Assembly (NCBI GenBank): GCA_028693335.1
Contig: JAQUVR010000045.1
Coordinates: forward strand, 1-5,717
DNA from: Candidatus Iainarchaeum sp.
Lineage (GTDB): Archaea > Iainarchaeota > Iainarchaeia > Iainarchaeales > CSSED10-239
DNA length: 5,717 nt
Direction: 5' to 3'
The notes under the pieces are model-generated. The model saw only the letters and a program-made list of their open reading frames with translations. It had not been told where the DNA came from and did no database searches. Of the stretch, positions 4,672 through 5,717 are shown piece after piece; position 1 is the first letter of the stretch; each line of letters begins with the position of its first letter. The translations under genes were made by a program, and so were the position numbers.

Positions 4672-5717
4672 ATGAATAAAATAAATATAGAGTCTATTGA
4701 TTATAAAGAAGTTGGACTTTGTTGTGGTTTAGAATTACATCAACAATTAGATACTGGTAAATTGTTTTGTAAATGTAAATCTAAAATTATTAAAGATGGT
4801 ACAAAGCCAGATAAAATAATTAAAAGAAAATTAAGACCAGTTTATTCCGAATCCGGTGAAGTAGATCTGGCTGCAATTTCTGAGCATAAAAAGCAAAAAA
4901 CATACACCTATTATTTTTATAATTCTTGTAATTGTTTAGTTGAAGCAGATTGTCAACCACCAATTAGAACTAATCCTGAAGCATTAAAAACAGCAATAAT
5001 AATTTCTCAATTAACTAACAGTAAATTAGTTGAAAAATCAATTGTTATGAGAAAACAAGTTATTGATGGATCCAATGTTTCTGGTTTTCAAAGAACAACT
5101 ATGATTTCTACAGATGGTTTTCTGGAATTTGATTTTGGAAAAGTAAGAATAGACAAAATACTTTTAGAAGAAGATTCTGCAAGAGCAGTTGAAAAGAAAG
5201 ATAATGAAGTTATATATTCTTTAGATCGTTTAGGTATTCCATTAATCGAATTAGTTGTTTGGCACGATATGCACAATCCAAAAGATGTTAAAACCGTTGC
5301 ACAAACAATTGGACAGATCTTTAGATTAACTGGCTCTGCAAAAAGGGGACTTGGTTCCATTCGTCAAGATATTAATATCTCAATCAAAAATGGCGAAAGA
5401 ACAGAGATTAAAGGTTGTCAAGAATTAGATTTAATTCCTGAAATTGTTAATAGAGAAATTTTGAGACAATTAAATTTATTGGAAGTTAAAAAAGAATTAG
5501 ATAAAAGAAATATTAAAAAATTTAATATTAAAGAAAAAAAATTAACTGATTTTTTTAAAGACACAGAATCGAAATCAATAAAATCTGCAATAGAAAATAA
5601 AAAAGAAATATTTGGTTTTTTAATTCCAGAGATGAAAGGCATATTTGGTTTTGAAATTCAACCAAATAGAAGAGTTGGAACAGAACTTTCTAGTGTCTTA
5701 AAAGCAAAAACAACATT
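4672..5717 (+). CDS. gatE: Glutamyl-tRNA(Gln) amidotransferase subunit E, partial (N-terminal 348 codons; continues past the right window edge)
   Basis: Manual translation is open to the window end: MNKINIESIDYKEVGLCCGLELHQQLDTGKLFCKCKS...NCLVEADCQPPIRTNPEAL...MRKQVIDGSNVSGFQRTTMISTDG...LLEEDSAR...YSLDRLGIPLIEL...AKRGLGSIRQDINISIKNGERTEIKGCQELDLIPEIVNREILRQL...GFEIQPNRRVGTEL. It is collinear with GatE as I recall it (GLEIHQQL, MRKQVIDGSN-GFQRT, LEEDAAR, LDRLGIPL, KRGLGTIRQD-N-SI, EIQPGRRLGTE). AGGA at 4659-4662 lies 9 nt upstream of the ATG at 4672. Absent from the ORF track because it is edge-truncated. Confidence 0.95.
   Translation, partial: MNKINIESIDYKEVGLCCGLELHQQLDTGKLFCKCKSKIIKDGTKPDKIIKRKLRPVYSESGEVDLAAISEHKKQKTYTYYFYNSCNCLVEADCQPPIRTNPEALKTAIIISQLTNSKLVEKSIVMRKQVIDGSNVSGFQRTTMISTDGFLEFDFGKVRIDKILLEEDSARAVEKKDNEVIYSLDRLGIPLIELVVWHDMHNPKDVKTVAQTIGQIFRLTGSAKRGLGSIRQDINISIKNGERTEIKGCQELDLIPEIVNREILRQLNLLEVKKELDKRNIKKFNIKEKKLTDFFKDTESKSIKSAIENKKEIFGFLIPEMKGIFGFEIQPNRRVGTELSSVLKAKTT

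Noticed and set aside
5088-5360. 90-aa minus-strand ORF from the track
   Set aside because: It lies antisense inside the highly conserved core of gatE (the GFQRT...LDRLGIPL...KRGLGSIRQD region). It has no family resemblance and no translation signals. The plus-strand frame explains the region fully.
5418-5642. 74-aa minus-strand ORF from the track
   Set aside because: It lies antisense inside gatE and is an F/L/I/S low-complexity translation of a Lys/Glu-rich sense segment. It is an artefact of composition.
1-5717. Searched for CRISPR repeats, tRNA/rRNA, IS/transposase ends, integrase, toxin-antitoxin pairs and known defence-system gene architectures
   Set aside because: I saw no regularly spaced direct repeats, no GC-rich structured RNA-like segments, no inverted terminal repeats, and no small paired ORFs. 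All sizeable open frames are accounted for by five conventional genes, and the intergenic spacers are only 12-124 nt.

Overview
Strongly AT-rich segment (hand-sampled 60-nt lines run about 17-37% G+C, most under 30%) that reads as an archaeal chromosome. It holds five genes. (1) A minus-strand gene truncated at the left edge (1-443), not in the ORF track; its N-terminus resembles TldD/PmbA-family proteins. (2) A GtrA-family 4-TM membrane protein (568-1065). (3) A 705-aa N-terminally membrane-anchored protein with the hallmark motifs of the uncharacterised secreted beta-propeller family (PF09826/COG4880 type) (1124-3241). (4) gatD (3316-4659). (5) gatE, truncated at the right edge and also not in the ORF track (4672-5717+). 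GatD/GatE is the archaea-specific Glu-tRNA(Gln) amidotransferase, so the domain call is firm. The Lys/Asn/Ile-rich proteins and low G+C fit a small-genome, DPANN-like archaeon, but that is inference. I see no CRISPR array, tRNA/rRNA, transposase, integrase, or recognisable defence or toxin-antitoxin genes. The three minus-strand ORFs in the track are antisense artefacts inside real genes. I do not see a clear novel multi-gene system. The best candidates for something undescribed are the GtrA plus membrane-anchored beta-propeller pair (a possible cell-surface module of unknown function), a C7 homopolymer inside that surface-protein gene, and a marked excess of the palindrome AGATCT (12 copies by eye). 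Otherwise the window looks like ordinary housekeeping and cell-envelope DNA.
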